This document shows positions 54,577 through 64,000 of a stretch of 64,000 bases of DNA, piece after piece (position 1 is the first letter of the stretch; each line of letters begins with the position of its first letter). A model generated the notes under the pieces. The model had not been told where the DNA came from. It did no database searches and saw only the letters and a list, made by a program, of their open reading frames with translations. The DNA lies in NCBI GenBank assembly GCA_037443705.1, contig JBBINV010000009.1, positions 8,561 to 72,560 on the forward strand, read 5' to 3'. Both the position numbers and the translations under genes were made by a program. This stretch comes from Betaproteobacteria bacterium (lineage in GTDB: Bacteria; Pseudomonadota; Gammaproteobacteria; Burkholderiales; SG8-39).

Positions 54577-54931
54577 GCTTTTCGAGATAAGGGGGTGAAT
54601 AGACGACGAGAACGCGTGCGAAGGGGCTGGTAACCCGGAACGAATGCGTCGCGTTGGCCGGGAAGAAGCACGCCTCGCCGGGCTTCATCTCGAATTCCTC
54701 TCCGCCCACCTCGACGTGCGCTTCGCCCTCGAGGAGATAACAGACCTGCTCGATTCCCGGATGCGAGTGCGGGATCGCCCCCTTGCCGCGCTCGATCTCG
54801 CCGACGAGCACCTCCACCTGCTTCGCTCCCACGGTCTCCGGCCCGATCAGGCGGAAGTTCCTCGTCCCGGTGTGGCGGGCGGGCGAATATGGCGCGACGT
54901 CGGACTGGCGGACGAGAAATCGCGGCTTCAT
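54569..54931 (-). CDS. cupin domain protein
   Basis: PHSHPGIEQVCYLLEG, PGE..FP..HSF. Confidence 0.88.
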   Translation of the reverse strand: MKPRFLVRQSDVAPYSPARHTGTRNFRLIGPETVGAKQVEVLVGEIERGKGAIPHSHPGIEQVCYLLEGEAHVEVGGEEFEMKPGEACFFPANATHSFRVTSPFARVLVVYSPPYLEKHA

Positions 54932-55629
54932 GCGGGCGGGTCGATCCAGTTGTACAAGTCTAGCCCTCCGTCGACCACGACCGAAGCCCCTGTCACGTAG
55001 CCGCCGAAACGCTCGGAGAGCACCGCTACCGCCATCGACGCGATGTCGGCCGGCGTGCCGAGCCGCTGCAGCGCGATCTTCTTCTCGAGCCCCGGGCTGC
55101 CCGCGAAGCCCGCCCCCGGAACCGCGCCCGGCACGATCGCGTTGACCCGGATGCCGCAGGGCCCGAGCGCGCGCGCGAGCTCCTTCATCACCATGGTCTG
55201 CCCCGCCTTCGATGCGCTGTAGTGCGGGAGGTTGCGCGGCGTGCTGGCATGCAGCGACGTCACGAACAGCATCCGGCCGCGAATGCCCTGCTCTCGCATG
55301 TGCTGCCCGATCGCCTGGCCAAGCAGAAAACCCGCGTTCAGGTTCACTTCGAGCATCTCGCGCCACTCGGCTTCGGTCACCGCGAGCGCGGTCCGGGCTT
55401 CCCGCCGCCGCGGGCTCGCGCTGTGAACGAAGATCGAGACGGTCCGAAGGGTCTGGATGGCATGGTGGGCGAGGCTTTCGGCCGCCCCGGGGCGGGACAG
55501 GTCGAATTCGCGGTCAACCCCCAGGACCCGCGCCCCCTCGCCCTCGATCGCGCGCGCGATGGCCTGCCCGATGCCCTGCGCGGCGCCGGTGACCAGAGCG
55601 GTTTCGCCCTCAAGCAGCCTGGAAGCCAT
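54928..55629 (-). CDS. SDR family oxidoreductase
   Basis: TGAAQGIG, YSASK, IRVNAIVPG, VVDGG. Confidence 0.92.
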   Translation of the reverse strand: MASRLLEGETALVTGAAQGIGQAIARAIEGEGARVLGVDREFDLSRPGAAESLAHHAIQTLRTVSIFVHSASPRRREARTALAVTEAEWREMLEVNLNAGFLLGQAIGQHMREQGIRGRMLFVTSLHASTPRNLPHYSASKAGQTMVMKELARALGPCGIRVNAIVPGAVPGAGFAGSPGLEKKIALQRLGTPADIASMAVAVLSERFGGYVTGASVVVDGGLDLYNWIDPPA

Positions 55630-58600
55630 GGCGCGCCTCCTTTGCCCGCGTGCCGCGCACGAGCAGCACGTAGGCCGTGGGAATCACGAACAGCGTCAAG
55701 AGCGTCCCCGCCAGCAGTCCTCCCACGATCACCCAGCCGATCGCCTGGCGCGCCTCCGCTCCCGCGCCGGTCGCTGCCGCGAGCGGCCCCGCGCCGAGCA
55801 CCATGGCACCGGTGGTCATCAGGATCGGGCGAAGCCGCAGCGTCGCCGCCTCCACGACGGCCTCGACTCTCTCCATCCCGCGAGCGCGCAGCTGGTTGGC
55901 GAACTCCACGATGAGTATCCCGTGCTTGGTGATCAGCCCGATCAGCATCACCAGCCCGATCTGGGAGTACACGTTGAGCGTTCCGCCCGAGAGCCGCACC
56001 GCCGCGAGCGCGCCGGTCATCGCGAGCGGCACCGTGAGCATGATGACCAGGGGCGAGAGGAAGCTCTCGAACTGCGCCGCGAGCACGAGATAGATGAACG
56101 CGAGCGCCAGAAGGAACGTAACCCAGAGCGTGGCGCCCGACTCGCGGAACTCGCGCGATACGCCGTCGAGCTCGGTGCGCGCCGACTTGTCCAGCAGCTC
56201 GCGGGAGGCGGTCTCGAGGAACTCGAGCGCTTCGCTGAGGGTGTAGCCGGGAGCGACGTTCGCCGACAGGATCGCCGCGCGAAGGCGATTGAAGTGGTTG
56301 AGCTCCTTCGGGCCGACCGTTTCCCGCACCCGGACGAGGTTCGAGAGCTGCACGAGGCGCCCGTCCCTCGCCCGCACGAAGATCGCGGTGAGGTCGGCGG
56401 GCGTCTCGCGGTCTCCGGCCTCGAGCTGCACGATCACGTCGTACTGCTTGCCCTCGCGCTTGAAACGCGTCACCTGCCGCCCGCCGAGCAGCGTCTCCAG
56501 GGTCCGGCCGATCGTCTCGACGTCGATGCCGAGCACGGCGGCCTTCTCGCGGTCTATTTCGACCGAGAGCTGCGGCTTGTTCAGGCGCAGGTCCACGTCC
56601 GGATTCGCGATCGCCTTCGATTCGCGCGCCTTCGCGAGCAGCGCGTTCGTCATGCGCTCGAGATCCTCGTAGGAGTTCGCCTGGATCACGAACTGGACCG
56701 GCGGGTTGCGGAAGCTCTGGCCGAGCGAGGGCGGGTTCACCGGGAACGCGAGCACGCCGGGCAGCATTCCGAACATCCGCGGTCCGAGCTCGGCCGTCAC
56801 GGCCTGGGTCTTGCGGCCGCGCTCTTCCCAGGGCGCGAGCTGGCTGAACGCGATGCCGAGGTTCACCGGGTTGGGACGCTCCAGGCCCGGCGCCACCACG
56901 GTGAAATAGGAGCGGATCTCGGGAACCTTCGAGAACATGTCCTCGATCCGGCGCATGTAGGCGTCGGTGTAATCGAGCGAGGCGCCCTCGGGCGCGATCA
57001 CGAGCGAGATAAAGAAGCCGCGGTCCTCGAGCGGCGAGAGCTCGGACTTGAGCGACCTGTAGAGCCCGAACACGATTCCGAAGGTGAGGACGAAGAGCGT
57101 CACGACGATCCATTTCCGCCCGAGCGCACTCCGCAGGGTCCTCCGGTAACCGCCGGTCATGCCGTGGAACAAGCGCTCCATGGCGAGGTACAGGCCGCCG
57201 TGCTTCTCGTGCTCCTTGAGGATGCGCGAGCACATCATGGGCGTGAGCGTGAGCGCGACCACGCCCGAGACGATGACCGCCGCGGCGACGGTGAGCGCGA
57301 ACTCGGTGAACAGGCGACCGGTGTTGCCGGTCATGAAGCCGAGCGGCGCGAACACCGCGGCGAGCGTGAGCGACATCGCGACCACCGCGAACGCGATCTC
57401 GCGCGAGCCGTCGATCGAGGCGCGCATCGGGTCTTTTCCGAGCTCCACGTGGCGGTGGCAGTTCTCGAGCACGACGATCGCGTCGTCGACCACGAGGCCG
57501 ATCGCGAGCACCAGGCCGAGGAGCGTGAGCACGTTGACCGTGAAGCCCATCAGGTAAAGGAAGAAGAACGCGCCCACGAGCGACACCGGGATCGTGACGA
57601 ACGGAATGAGCGTGGAGCGGAACGAGCGCAGGAACACGAAGATCACCGCCACCACGAGCAGCACGGCTTCGGCCATCGTGCGGTACACCGACTCGATCGA
57701 GCGCTCGATGAAGATCGAGGAATCGAACGCCACCGCGATCTGCATGCCGGGCGGCAGCGTGCCCGAGAGGCGTGCGACCTCCGCCTTCACGGCCTGCGCG
57801 ACCGAGAGCGTGTTCGCGGTGGACTGCTTGACGACGCCGAGGCCCACCGCCGGGTTGCCGTTGACGCGCACGATGTTGCGCTCGTCGAGCGCGCCCACTT
57901 GCGCGTGGCCCACGTCCTTCAGCCGCACCGGGTAGCCGCGCGCCTCCGAGAGGATCATGTCGTCGAACTGGGCGCGGCTCCGGAGATCGGCTTCGGTCAG
58001 CACGGTGAATTCGCGCTGGCGCGACTCGATCCGGCCCGAGGGGATCTCGACGTTCTGGCGCCTGAGCGCGCTCTCCACGTCCTGCGGCGTCAGACCGTAG
58101 GCCGCGAGCCGGTCCCGGTCGATCCAGAGTCGCATGGCGTAGCGGCGCTCGCCGCCGATGATGACGGAGGCCACGCCCGGGAGCGTCTTGAGGCGGTCCG
58201 CCACGTAGCGGTCGGCGTAGTCGGAGACCTCGAGCGCGGCGTGCCGGGTGGACGAAAGGCGCAGCCAGATGATCGCCTGCGCGTCGGCCTCGATCTTCGA
58301 GACCACCGACTCGTCGGCGGCCTCCGGAAGGCGGTCGCGCACGCGCGCCACGCGGTCGCGCACGTCGTTCGCCGCCGCGTCGACGTTCCTCTCGAGCACG
58401 AACTCGATCGTGATCTGCGAGACCTCCTCGCGCGACACCGACTTGATCGTGCGCACGCCCTCGATCCCGGCGAGCGAGTCCTCGAGCGGCTGCGTGATCT
58501 GCGACTCGATCACCTGCGGGCTCGCGCCCTTGTACACGGTGCGCACCGAGACGACCGGAGTATCGATCTTCGGGTACTCCCGAACCGACAGGCGCTGGAA

Positions 58601-58684
58601 CGAGATCACGCCGAGCAGCACGATCATCAGGCTCATGACCGTGGCAAGCACGGGGCGGCGGATGCAGAGCTCGGGGAGCTGCAC
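55610..58684 (-). CDS. RND efflux permease (MexW-like)
   Basis: IRRPV, VREYP, GLVVDDAIVVLEN, GLITKHGILIVEFANQ, RLRPILMTT. Confidence 0.95.
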   Translation of the reverse strand: MQLPELCIRRPVLATVMSLMIVLLGVISFQRLSVREYPKIDTPVVSVRTVYKGASPQVIESQITQPLEDSLAGIEGVRTIKSVSREEVSQITIEFVLERNVDAAANDVRDRVARVRDRLPEAADESVVSKIEADAQAIIWLRLSSTRHAALEVSDYADRYVADRLKTLPGVASVIIGGERRYAMRLWIDRDRLAAYGLTPQDVESALRRQNVEIPSGRIESRQREFTVLTEADLRSRAQFDDMILSEARGYPVRLKDVGHAQVGALDERNIVRVNGNPAVGLGVVKQSTANTLSVAQAVKAEVARLSGTLPPGMQIAVAFDSSIFIERSIESVYRTMAEAVLLVVAVIFVFLRSFRSTLIPFVTIPVSLVGAFFFLYLMGFTVNVLTLLGLVLAIGLVVDDAIVVLENCHRHVELGKDPMRASIDGSREIAFAVVAMSLTLAAVFAPLGFMTGNTGRLFTEFALTVAAAVIVSGVVALTLTPMMCSRILKEHEKHGGLYLAMERLFHGMTGGYRRTLRSALGRKWIVVTLFVLTFGIVFGLYRSLKSELSPLEDRGFFISLVIAPEGASLDYTDAYMRRIEDMFSKVPEIRSYFTVVAPGLERPNPVNLGIAFSQLAPWEERGRKTQAVTAELGPRMFGMLPGVLAFPVNPPSLGQSFRNPPVQFVIQANSYEDLERMTNALLAKARESKAIANPDVDLRLNKPQLSVEIDREKAAVLGIDVETIGRTLETLLGGRQVTRFKREGKQYDVIVQLEAGDRETPADLTAIFVRARDGRLVQLSNLVRVRETVGPKELNHFNRLRAAILSANVAPGYTLSEALEFLETASRELLDKSARTELDGVSREFRESGATLWVTFLLALAFIYLVLAAQFESFLSPLVIMLTVPLAMTGALAAVRLSGGTLNVYSQIGLVMLIGLITKHGILIVEFANQLRARGMERVEAVVEAATLRLRPILMTTGAMVLGAGPLAAATGAGAEARQAIGWVIVGGLLAGTLLTLFVIPTAYVLLVRGTRAKEARHGFQAA

Positions 58685-58691
58685 CTGAGAC

Positions 58692-59744
58692 TCAGCCCTT
58701 CCGGTCCGGCACCGCCGCCGCGGGCTTCGCCGGCGAGTCGTCGATCACGACCACCGGCGATCCCGGCCCGACCTTCTGCACGCCTTCGGTGATCACGAGA
58801 TCCCCGGCCGCGACGCCGCTCGCGATCTCGACCTCGCCGGGCCGCCGCAGCCCGGTGCGCACCTTCGCGAGCTGCGCCTTTCCGTCGGCGACACGGTAGA
58901 CGAAGCTCTCCTGCCCGCGCGGCACGATCGCCGCTTCCGGCACCCAGACCGCTTTTTCGCGCACGCCGAGCTCCACGCGCACGCGCGCGAACATGCCGGG
59001 CCGGAGCCTGAGCTCGGGGTTGGCGACCCGCGCGCGCGCGAGCACCGTGCGCGTCTGCTCGTCCACCGCCGGCTCGATCGCGTAGATCGCCCCTTCGAAG
59101 CCCTGCCCGGCATAGGCGTCCACCGCGATGCGCACCACCTGCCCCGCGCGCACGCGCGCGAGGTAAACCTCGGGGACGCGGAAGTCCAGCTTGAGCTGGT
59201 CGATCTTCTCCAGGCGCGCGATGTCGGTGCCCGCCGCGACGACCGCCCCGGCGCTCACCTGGCGCAGCCCCGCGACGCCGGCGAACGGCGCGCGCATCTC
59301 GGTCTTGGCGAGCTTCGCCTCGTCCTCGGCGAGCCTGGCGCGAGCGCGCGCCAGGCTCGTGCGCTGATCGTCGAGCGCCTGCTGGCTGATGAAGCCCTTC
59401 TGGTGCAGATCGACCGCGCGCTCGAGGCGCTGCTCGTCCCACCGGAGCTGCGCGCGGCTCGAGGCGACCACGGCGGCGAGCTCGGCCTGGTCGAGGCGCA
59501 CCAGCACCGCGCCCTTGGCGACGCGCTGGCCCTCCTCGAAGCGGATTTCGGCCACGCGCCCCGCGATCTCCGGCCGTATCGTCACCGACTCGTCGGCACG
59601 CAGCGTGCCGACGGCGCTGGTCTCCTCGAGCGCGGGCGCGAGCTTCGCGGCTACCGCCTTGACGGGCGTCGCCGGCGGGGGCTTTTGCTGCGGGAATGCA
59701 TGAAGCGGCGCGAGCACGGCCAGCGCCGCGAGAACGAATCGCAT
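58692..59744 (-). CDS. RND membrane fusion protein
   Basis: VGTLRADESV, APFAG, DFRVPE, LRPGMF. Confidence 0.93.
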   Translation of the reverse strand: MRFVLAALAVLAPLHAFPQQKPPPATPVKAVAAKLAPALEETSAVGTLRADESVTIRPEIAGRVAEIRFEEGQRVAKGAVLVRLDQAELAAVVASSRAQLRWDEQRLERAVDLHQKGFISQQALDDQRTSLARARARLAEDEAKLAKTEMRAPFAGVAGLRQVSAGAVVAAGTDIARLEKIDQLKLDFRVPEVYLARVRAGQVVRIAVDAYAGQGFEGAIYAIEPAVDEQTRTVLARARVANPELRLRPGMFARVRVELGVREKAVWVPEAAIVPRGQESFVYRVADGKAQLAKVRTGLRRPGEVEIASGVAAGDLVITEGVQKVGPGSPVVVIDDSPAKPAAAVPDRKG

Positions 59745-59761
59745 TCCCGCAGTTTACTCGA

Positions 59762-60154
59762 TCAGAGAAACCAGGCCGGGTCGCGTGTAAGCGCCACGGA
59801 CACGATGTAGCCGACGGCGAGGAGCGCGAGGATGAAGCTCGCCGCGCGCAACGCCTTCGTCCGCCCGCGCCGCAGCGCCACGCTCCCGAGCACAATGTAG
59901 GCGATGAGCGCCAGCACCTTCGCGGTGACCCAGCCGTGCACGAACGGGTACTGCCCGATCCGCCACGTGAGCCAGAGCGCGCTCACAAGCAGCAGCGTGT
60001 CCACGACGTGCGGCGCCACGCGCACGAAGCGCGCCTGGAGCAGCGGCGAGCCGCGCAGCATCAGGACTCCGCGCGCCATGAAGCCCGCGATGCTCGCCAC
60101 GGCGCAGCCCACGTGCACGGACTTCGCGAACAGGTAGGCCGCGGCCGCGCTCAT
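59762..60154 (-). CDS. SirB2 family membrane protein
   Basis: PHVVDTLLL, WVTAK..YIVLG. Confidence 0.88.
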   Translation of the reverse strand: MSAAAAYLFAKSVHVGCAVASIAGFMARGVLMLRGSPLLQARFVRVAPHVVDTLLLVSALWLTWRIGQYPFVHGWVTAKVLALIAYIVLGSVALRRGRTKALRAASFILALLAVGYIVSVALTRDPAWFL

Positions 60155-60615
60155 CGCTTCGCGCGTGCGCCCTTCTCCCTTTCGGGCTCCATGCCCTTTT
60201 CCCACGCCGCGCTGGGATCATCGAAGGGAAGGTAGACCTCGACCGCGCCCATGGCGGGAACCTTGAATTTGCGCTGGAGGGTTTTCTCCAGAAATTTCGC
60301 TTCAATCGCATACGTCCCTGCCGCGAGCTGCGCGTAGAGAAACGGCCCGTCCATCGTCGTAGCGAGGATCTCCTTCCCGCCCGCGTCGCGGATCGTCAGC
60401 GCCACGTCGGCGAGGTAGTTGCCGCCGCTTGGCACGAAGCTCGTGACGCGCACGTTGAACTGCGCGCGAAGCCCCGCCATCGCGGCGCGCTCGTCCTCGC
60501 CCACGCCGCCGGAAACGAATTTCACGCCGCCTTTGTCCTGCACCGCGGGTTGGGCGGCGGCGCCGAGCGCGACCACCAGTCCTCCGAGAATTGCGAGGTG
60601 TCTGAGTACTTGCAT
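60151..60615 (-). CDS. exported protein, carboxypeptidase-regulatory-like domain
   Basis: signal peptide, FVSGGVGEDE, YLADV, GPFL..L.AGTY. Confidence 0.8.
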   Translation of the reverse strand: MQVLRHLAILGGLVVALGAAAQPAVQDKGGVKFVSGGVGEDERAAMAGLRAQFNVRVTSFVPSGGNYLADVALTIRDAGGKEILATTMDGPFLYAQLAAGTYAIEAKFLEKTLQRKFKVPAMGAVEVYLPFDDPSAAWEKGMEPEREKGARAKR

Positions 60616-60671
60616 GGTTACCCCCGAATAACCGAATAACACCGAGTCTGACCCGCAGCGGACGAACCGGG

Positions 60672-60685
60672 TTGACCGTGGTCAA
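60672..60685. promoter_or_regulatory. FNR-type box
   Basis: TTGAC-CGTG-GTCAA upstream of the 60151-60615/sirB2 genes. Confidence 0.7.
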
Positions 60686-60742
60686 TTCGACCGGGCAGCC
60701 GTCCCGAAGGTTCAGGATTGCAGCGCTGAATGAGCGGCTGGC

Positions 60743-60770
60743 TTGACAGTGAGATCGCCACGACCATAAT
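60743..60770 (+). promoter_or_regulatory. sigma70 promoter of the TA operon
   Basis: TTGACA-16bp-CATAAT; ATG 7 nt after the -10 suggests a leaderless mRNA. Confidence 0.65.
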
Positions 60771-60777
60771 GACCGTT

Positions 60778-61083
60778 ATGATCAAGCAGACCAACGCAGT
60801 AGCCTTCCGGCAGAACCTCGGGGAGATGCTGAACCAGGTTCAGTACCGGCGCGACAGCATCGTCATCACCAAGGACGGACGGCCCGTCGCCGCCCTGATC
60901 GACGCCAAGCTCTTCGAACGGATTCGGCGCATGCAGGAACGATTCGACGAGCTTTCGGCGCGGATGGCTGCGGCGTACGCAAGCGTTCCCGAGGAAGAAG
61001 GGGTGGCCGAGATCAAGCGCGTCACCGCCCAGGTGCGGGCCGAGATGAAGGCCGAGCGTCGCAAGAAAAAAAAGAAGGCCTGA
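60778..61083 (+). CDS. Phd/YefM antitoxin
   Basis: AFRQNLGEMLNQV..IVITKDGRPVAALI. Confidence 0.9.
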   Translation: MIKQTNAVAFRQNLGEMLNQVQYRRDSIVITKDGRPVAALIDAKLFERIRRMQERFDELSARMAAAYASVPEEEGVAEIKRVTAQVRAEMKAERRKKKKKA

Positions 61084-61087
61084 CGCC

Positions 61088-61510
61088 TTGCCCACCTTGA
61101 GGGTGGTTCTCGACACGAACGTCCTCGTGTCCGGCCTCGCCTACCCGGCCAGCATCCCCGGAAAGATCGTGGACGCCTGGCGAATTCAGGGTTCCCTCGA
61201 GGCCGTGCTCTCCCGCCACATCCTCGACGAGCTCGCCCGTGTCCTGCCGCGACTGAACGACCGCCTCGACTGGCAACCGAACGACTTCGCGGACCTCATC
61301 GACATCCTCGCGAGCCAGACCGACGTCGTTGAACCCGCGCCCGTCGATCCCAACGCCGCCCGCGACCCGGAAAACCTTCCGGTCCTTGGCACCCTCGTCG
61401 CCTCCAAGGCCGACTATCTCATCACCGGGGATGGAGATCTGCTGGCGCTGGCGGCGCGATATCCGGCGATCATCGCGCCGGCGGATTTCTGGCGGAAGCA
61501 CGGAAGCTAG
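61088..61510 (+). CDS. PIN domain toxin
   Basis: VVLDTNVLVS, RDPEN, LITGDGDLL. Confidence 0.9.
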   Translation: MPTLRVVLDTNVLVSGLAYPASIPGKIVDAWRIQGSLEAVLSRHILDELARVLPRLNDRLDWQPNDFADLIDILASQTDVVEPAPVDPNAARDPENLPVLGTLVASKADYLITGDGDLLALAARYPAIIAPADFWRKHGS

Positions 61511-61516
61511 AAGCGC

Positions 61517-62641
61517 CTAACTCAACAGGTACGACACCAGGTCCCGCACCGGCCGGACCTCGGCGCCGAAGGGCAGCGGCTCGGAGCCGCGGAAGAAAAG
61601 CCCGCGCTCGGTGTCGCCCCGGAGCGCGGCGGCGAGATGATGGTCGATGCAGAACTGGCCCGCGCGGGGAAGGCCGTCGCGCAGCCCGCACTGCGCCAGA
61701 CAGTCCCAGCCGAGCGTGCACTGGCGGCGCCGGCCCGCGCGGCGCTGGAGCACCGCTTCCTTTTCGAGGTAATGCGCGAGCCAGTGCGTGCGCACGGCGC
61801 GCGCCGGCAGCCCCGCGACGCTCATGAACACCACGATGTCCTCGCGCTTCGCGCCGGCGAGCACGCGCTTGAAATTGGGGTGCGCGTCGCCCTCCTCCGC
61901 GACCGCGAACGGCGTCCCGACCTGTACCGCCGAGGCGCCGAGCGCGCCCAGCCGCCCGACCTGCGCCGGCGAGTTGATCCCGCCCGCCGGAATGAGGGGA
62001 ATCGCATCCGCGTCGAGCCCGAGCGCGTGGAGCGCGTCGCGGATCTCCGGCAGCACGCGCGCGAAGTCGAACCTCGCGTCGCCCACTTCCTCGACGCGCG
62101 CCGCGCCCAGGTGCCCGCCGGCGTAGCGCGGGTGCTCGATCACGATCGCATCGGGCGCGCGCCCGCGCCGGAGCCACCGGCGCGCGATGAGCGAGGCCGC
62201 GCGCGCTTCCGACACGATGGGAACGAGCGCGACCTGCGGCCAGTCGGCGGCGAGCTCGGGCAGGTCCATCGCGAGGCCCGCGCCGACCACGAGCGCGTCC
62301 GCCCCCGAGAGGCACGCCTGGCGGGCGTAGCCGGCGTACTGGGAAACCGCCCGCATCACGTTCACTGCGACGAGACCCTCGCCGCGCGCGAGCTCCTTCG
62401 CGGCGCGGATCTCGCGATCGAGCGCGACGAGGTTCGCCCGCTCGATCGCCGCCCTGTCGCGCGACCGCCCGGTGGCGCGCATGAGGTCGGGGTGGTGGCG
62501 GCGCAGGTCCACGCTCGAGATCGTGCCGACGCAACCCTCGCGCGCGACCGCGCCGGCGAGCCGGTGCGCCGACACGCCCACCCCCATCCCGCCCTGGACC
62601 AGGGCGCGCGCCTGCTTGCCTCGGATGCGAAGGGTTTTCAT
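61517..62641 (-). CDS. nitronate monooxygenase family flavoprotein
   Basis: VQGGMGVGVS, GAGL, AGGH, AGGI, VQVGT. Confidence 0.9.
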   Translation of the reverse strand: MKTLRIRGKQARALVQGGMGVGVSAHRLAGAVAREGCVGTISSVDLRRHHPDLMRATGRSRDRAAIERANLVALDREIRAAKELARGEGLVAVNVMRAVSQYAGYARQACLSGADALVVGAGLAMDLPELAADWPQVALVPIVSEARAASLIARRWLRRGRAPDAIVIEHPRYAGGHLGAARVEEVGDARFDFARVLPEIRDALHALGLDADAIPLIPAGGINSPAQVGRLGALGASAVQVGTPFAVAEEGDAHPNFKRVLAGAKREDIVVFMSVAGLPARAVRTHWLAHYLEKEAVLQRRAGRRRQCTLGWDCLAQCGLRDGLPRAGQFCIDHHLAAALRGDTERGLFFRGSEPLPFGAEVRPVRDLVSYLLS

Positions 62642-62723
62642 CGCCGAAGGGAAATTGATCAGTCTGCCCGGGGAGCACGGGCTCGTCTTTGACCTCCAAT
62701 AACCCGGCCGCGCGTCAATCCAG

Positions 62724-62737
62724 TTGATCTGCCTCAA
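62724..62737. promoter_or_regulatory. FNR-type box
   Basis: TTGAT-CTGC-CTCAA in the divergent promoter. Confidence 0.6.
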
Positions 62738-62771
62738 TTGCAGCAGGATCCGGCATGTCAGCATTTGACCC

Positions 62772-63482
62772 ATGGCAACCGGACTGCTCGAAGGCGTCAT
62801 CGCCAACATGCCGATGTTCCGGCAGGTGGCGCGTCCCAACCTCGCGGAGCTCGCGCGACACGCGCGCGTGCAGCACGTGCGCCGCGGCGGCACGGTGTGC
62901 CGGCGCGGCGAAATGATGAACTGCTTCTTCGGGCTCGCCTACGGGCTGGTGAAGCTCTCGCTTCGCGCCGACGGCGGCGACGAAAAAGTGCTGCGCCTGG
63001 TCGGTCCGGGCGAAACCTTCGGCGAGGCGCTGGTGTTTCGCGAGCGCCCCAACCCCCTGGACGCGGTCGCGCTCGCCGACACCATGCTGGTGGTGTTTCC
63101 GGCCCAGGCCGTGAACGCGCTGATCGAGCGCGATCCCAACTTCGCGCGCGGGCTGCTTTCGTCGCTTTCCGAGCGCCTGCACAACATGGTCGCCGAGGTC
63201 GAGGCGAGCACCCTGCTCTCGGCGCGCCAGCGCGTCGTCGCGTATCTGGACTCGCTCGCGGCCAACGGCGCCGCCGGCCGCGTGCGTCTGCCCGCGACCA
63301 AGACCGTGATCGCGGCGCGCCTCGGCGTCACCAAGGAGACCTTCTCGCGGCTGCTGCGCGAGCTCGCCAACCAGGGGCTGATCGCGGTGGACAAGCGCGA
63401 CATCGTGCTGCGCGACCGGCCGCGCCTGGCCGAGATCGCGCACCCCTCGGCGCCGGCGGCGCTCAGCGAAAGACGAGCGTAG
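62772..63482 (+). CDS. Crp/Fnr family regulator (DNR/NNR-like, no FNR Cys cluster)
   Basis: GETFGEA, LPATK..IAARLGVTKETFSR. Confidence 0.9.
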   Translation: MATGLLEGVIANMPMFRQVARPNLAELARHARVQHVRRGGTVCRRGEMMNCFFGLAYGLVKLSLRADGGDEKVLRLVGPGETFGEALVFRERPNPLDAVALADTMLVVFPAQAVNALIERDPNFARGLLSSLSERLHNMVAEVEASTLLSARQRVVAYLDSLAANGAAGRVRLPATKTVIAARLGVTKETFSRLLRELANQGLIAVDKRDIVLRDRPRLAEIAHPSAPAALSERRA

Positions 63483-63918
63483 GAATCCGGGAGGCCGCGA
63501 GCACGCCCCGGGTCTGGCTGCCGTGCACCAGGGCATGGAAGCGGGCCCCGAGCCCTTGGCCCGCCTGCGAGGCGAGGAAGATGAGGTCGCACCCGTGCGC
63601 CTCGGCGGCGCGCACGATCGCCTCGCAGGGGCGGTCGCCCGGCGCAAACGCGGTCTCGCACGGCACGCCCGCGGCCAGCGCACGCCGCGCGACCGGCTCG
63701 AGCAGGCATTCCGCGCGGCGCCGCACGCGCCGCTCGTGTTCCTCGAGCGAGATCGCGGTCCCCGCCATCAGCTCCGCGTGGCTCGGCGCCCGGTATTCCG
63801 GCACCGCGGTAAACCCGGTGATGCGCGCGCCGATCGAGCGCGCGAACGCGATGCCCGCCTCGACGGCCCGGTTCGCGAGCTCGGAGCCGTCCGTCGGGAT
63901 CAGGATGTGGCGGTACAT
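63463..63918 (-). CDS. universal stress protein
   Basis: MYRHILIPTDGSE, DLIFLAS, GSQT..VL..IPTLV. Confidence 0.9.
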   Translation of the reverse strand: MYRHILIPTDGSELANRAVEAGIAFARSIGARITGFTAVPEYRAPSHAELMAGTAISLEEHERRVRRRAECLLEPVARRALAAGVPCETAFAPGDRPCEAIVRAAEAHGCDLIFLASQAGQGLGARFHALVHGSQTRGVLAASRIPTLVFR

Positions 63919-63927
63919 CGAGGCTAC

Positions 63928-63941
63928 TTGACACAAGTCAA
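63928..63941. promoter_or_regulatory. FNR-type box
   Basis: TTGAC-ACAA-GTCAA between the usp gene and a divergent gene starting at 63995 (GGAGG..ATGTAC). Confidence 0.7.
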
Positions 63942-64000
63942 CCGGCGGGGCAATCGGCCGCCTTATTCTGAGTCAACCGAACGGAGGCGCGACAATGTAC

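Overview
GC-rich betaproteobacterial (Burkholderiales/Rhodocyclales-like) chromosomal segment with about 60 genes. Core content: the start of a urea ABC operon behind a sigma54 promoter; two large multi-PAS histidine kinases and an HD-GYP response regulator; a 3-gene 2-oxoacid:acceptor oxidoreductase operon; gltX with tRNA-Ala(GGC) and tRNA-Glu(TTC); a TRAP transporter and tRNA-Val(CAC); two RND efflux systems; ilvA; a B12-radical SAM enzyme; an acyl-CoA catabolic operon; a Phd/PIN toxin-antitoxin pair; and two Crp/Fnr regulators. The most unusual items are: (1) a 27-codon ORF with a 16-nt perfect match to the 16S rRNA 3' end as its Shine-Dalgarno, with its own extended -10 and a terminator directly in front of an MFS gene; (2) a compact convergent methyltransferase/PD-(D/E)xK nuclease pair whose MTase carries an N-terminal winged helix and whose promoter spacer holds two GACGTC palindromes; (3) at least two families of short palindromic repeats, some inserted in frame into proteins (AraC, probably GltX) or truncating genes; (4) a dispersed TTGA(C/T)-N4-GTCAA Crp/Fnr-type motif; (5) many deletion-scarred gene remnants, including a half-size UPF0016 transporter and orphan antitoxins. 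No CRISPR array, rRNA gene, transposase or integrase was seen. All family calls are from motif recognition, not database searches.
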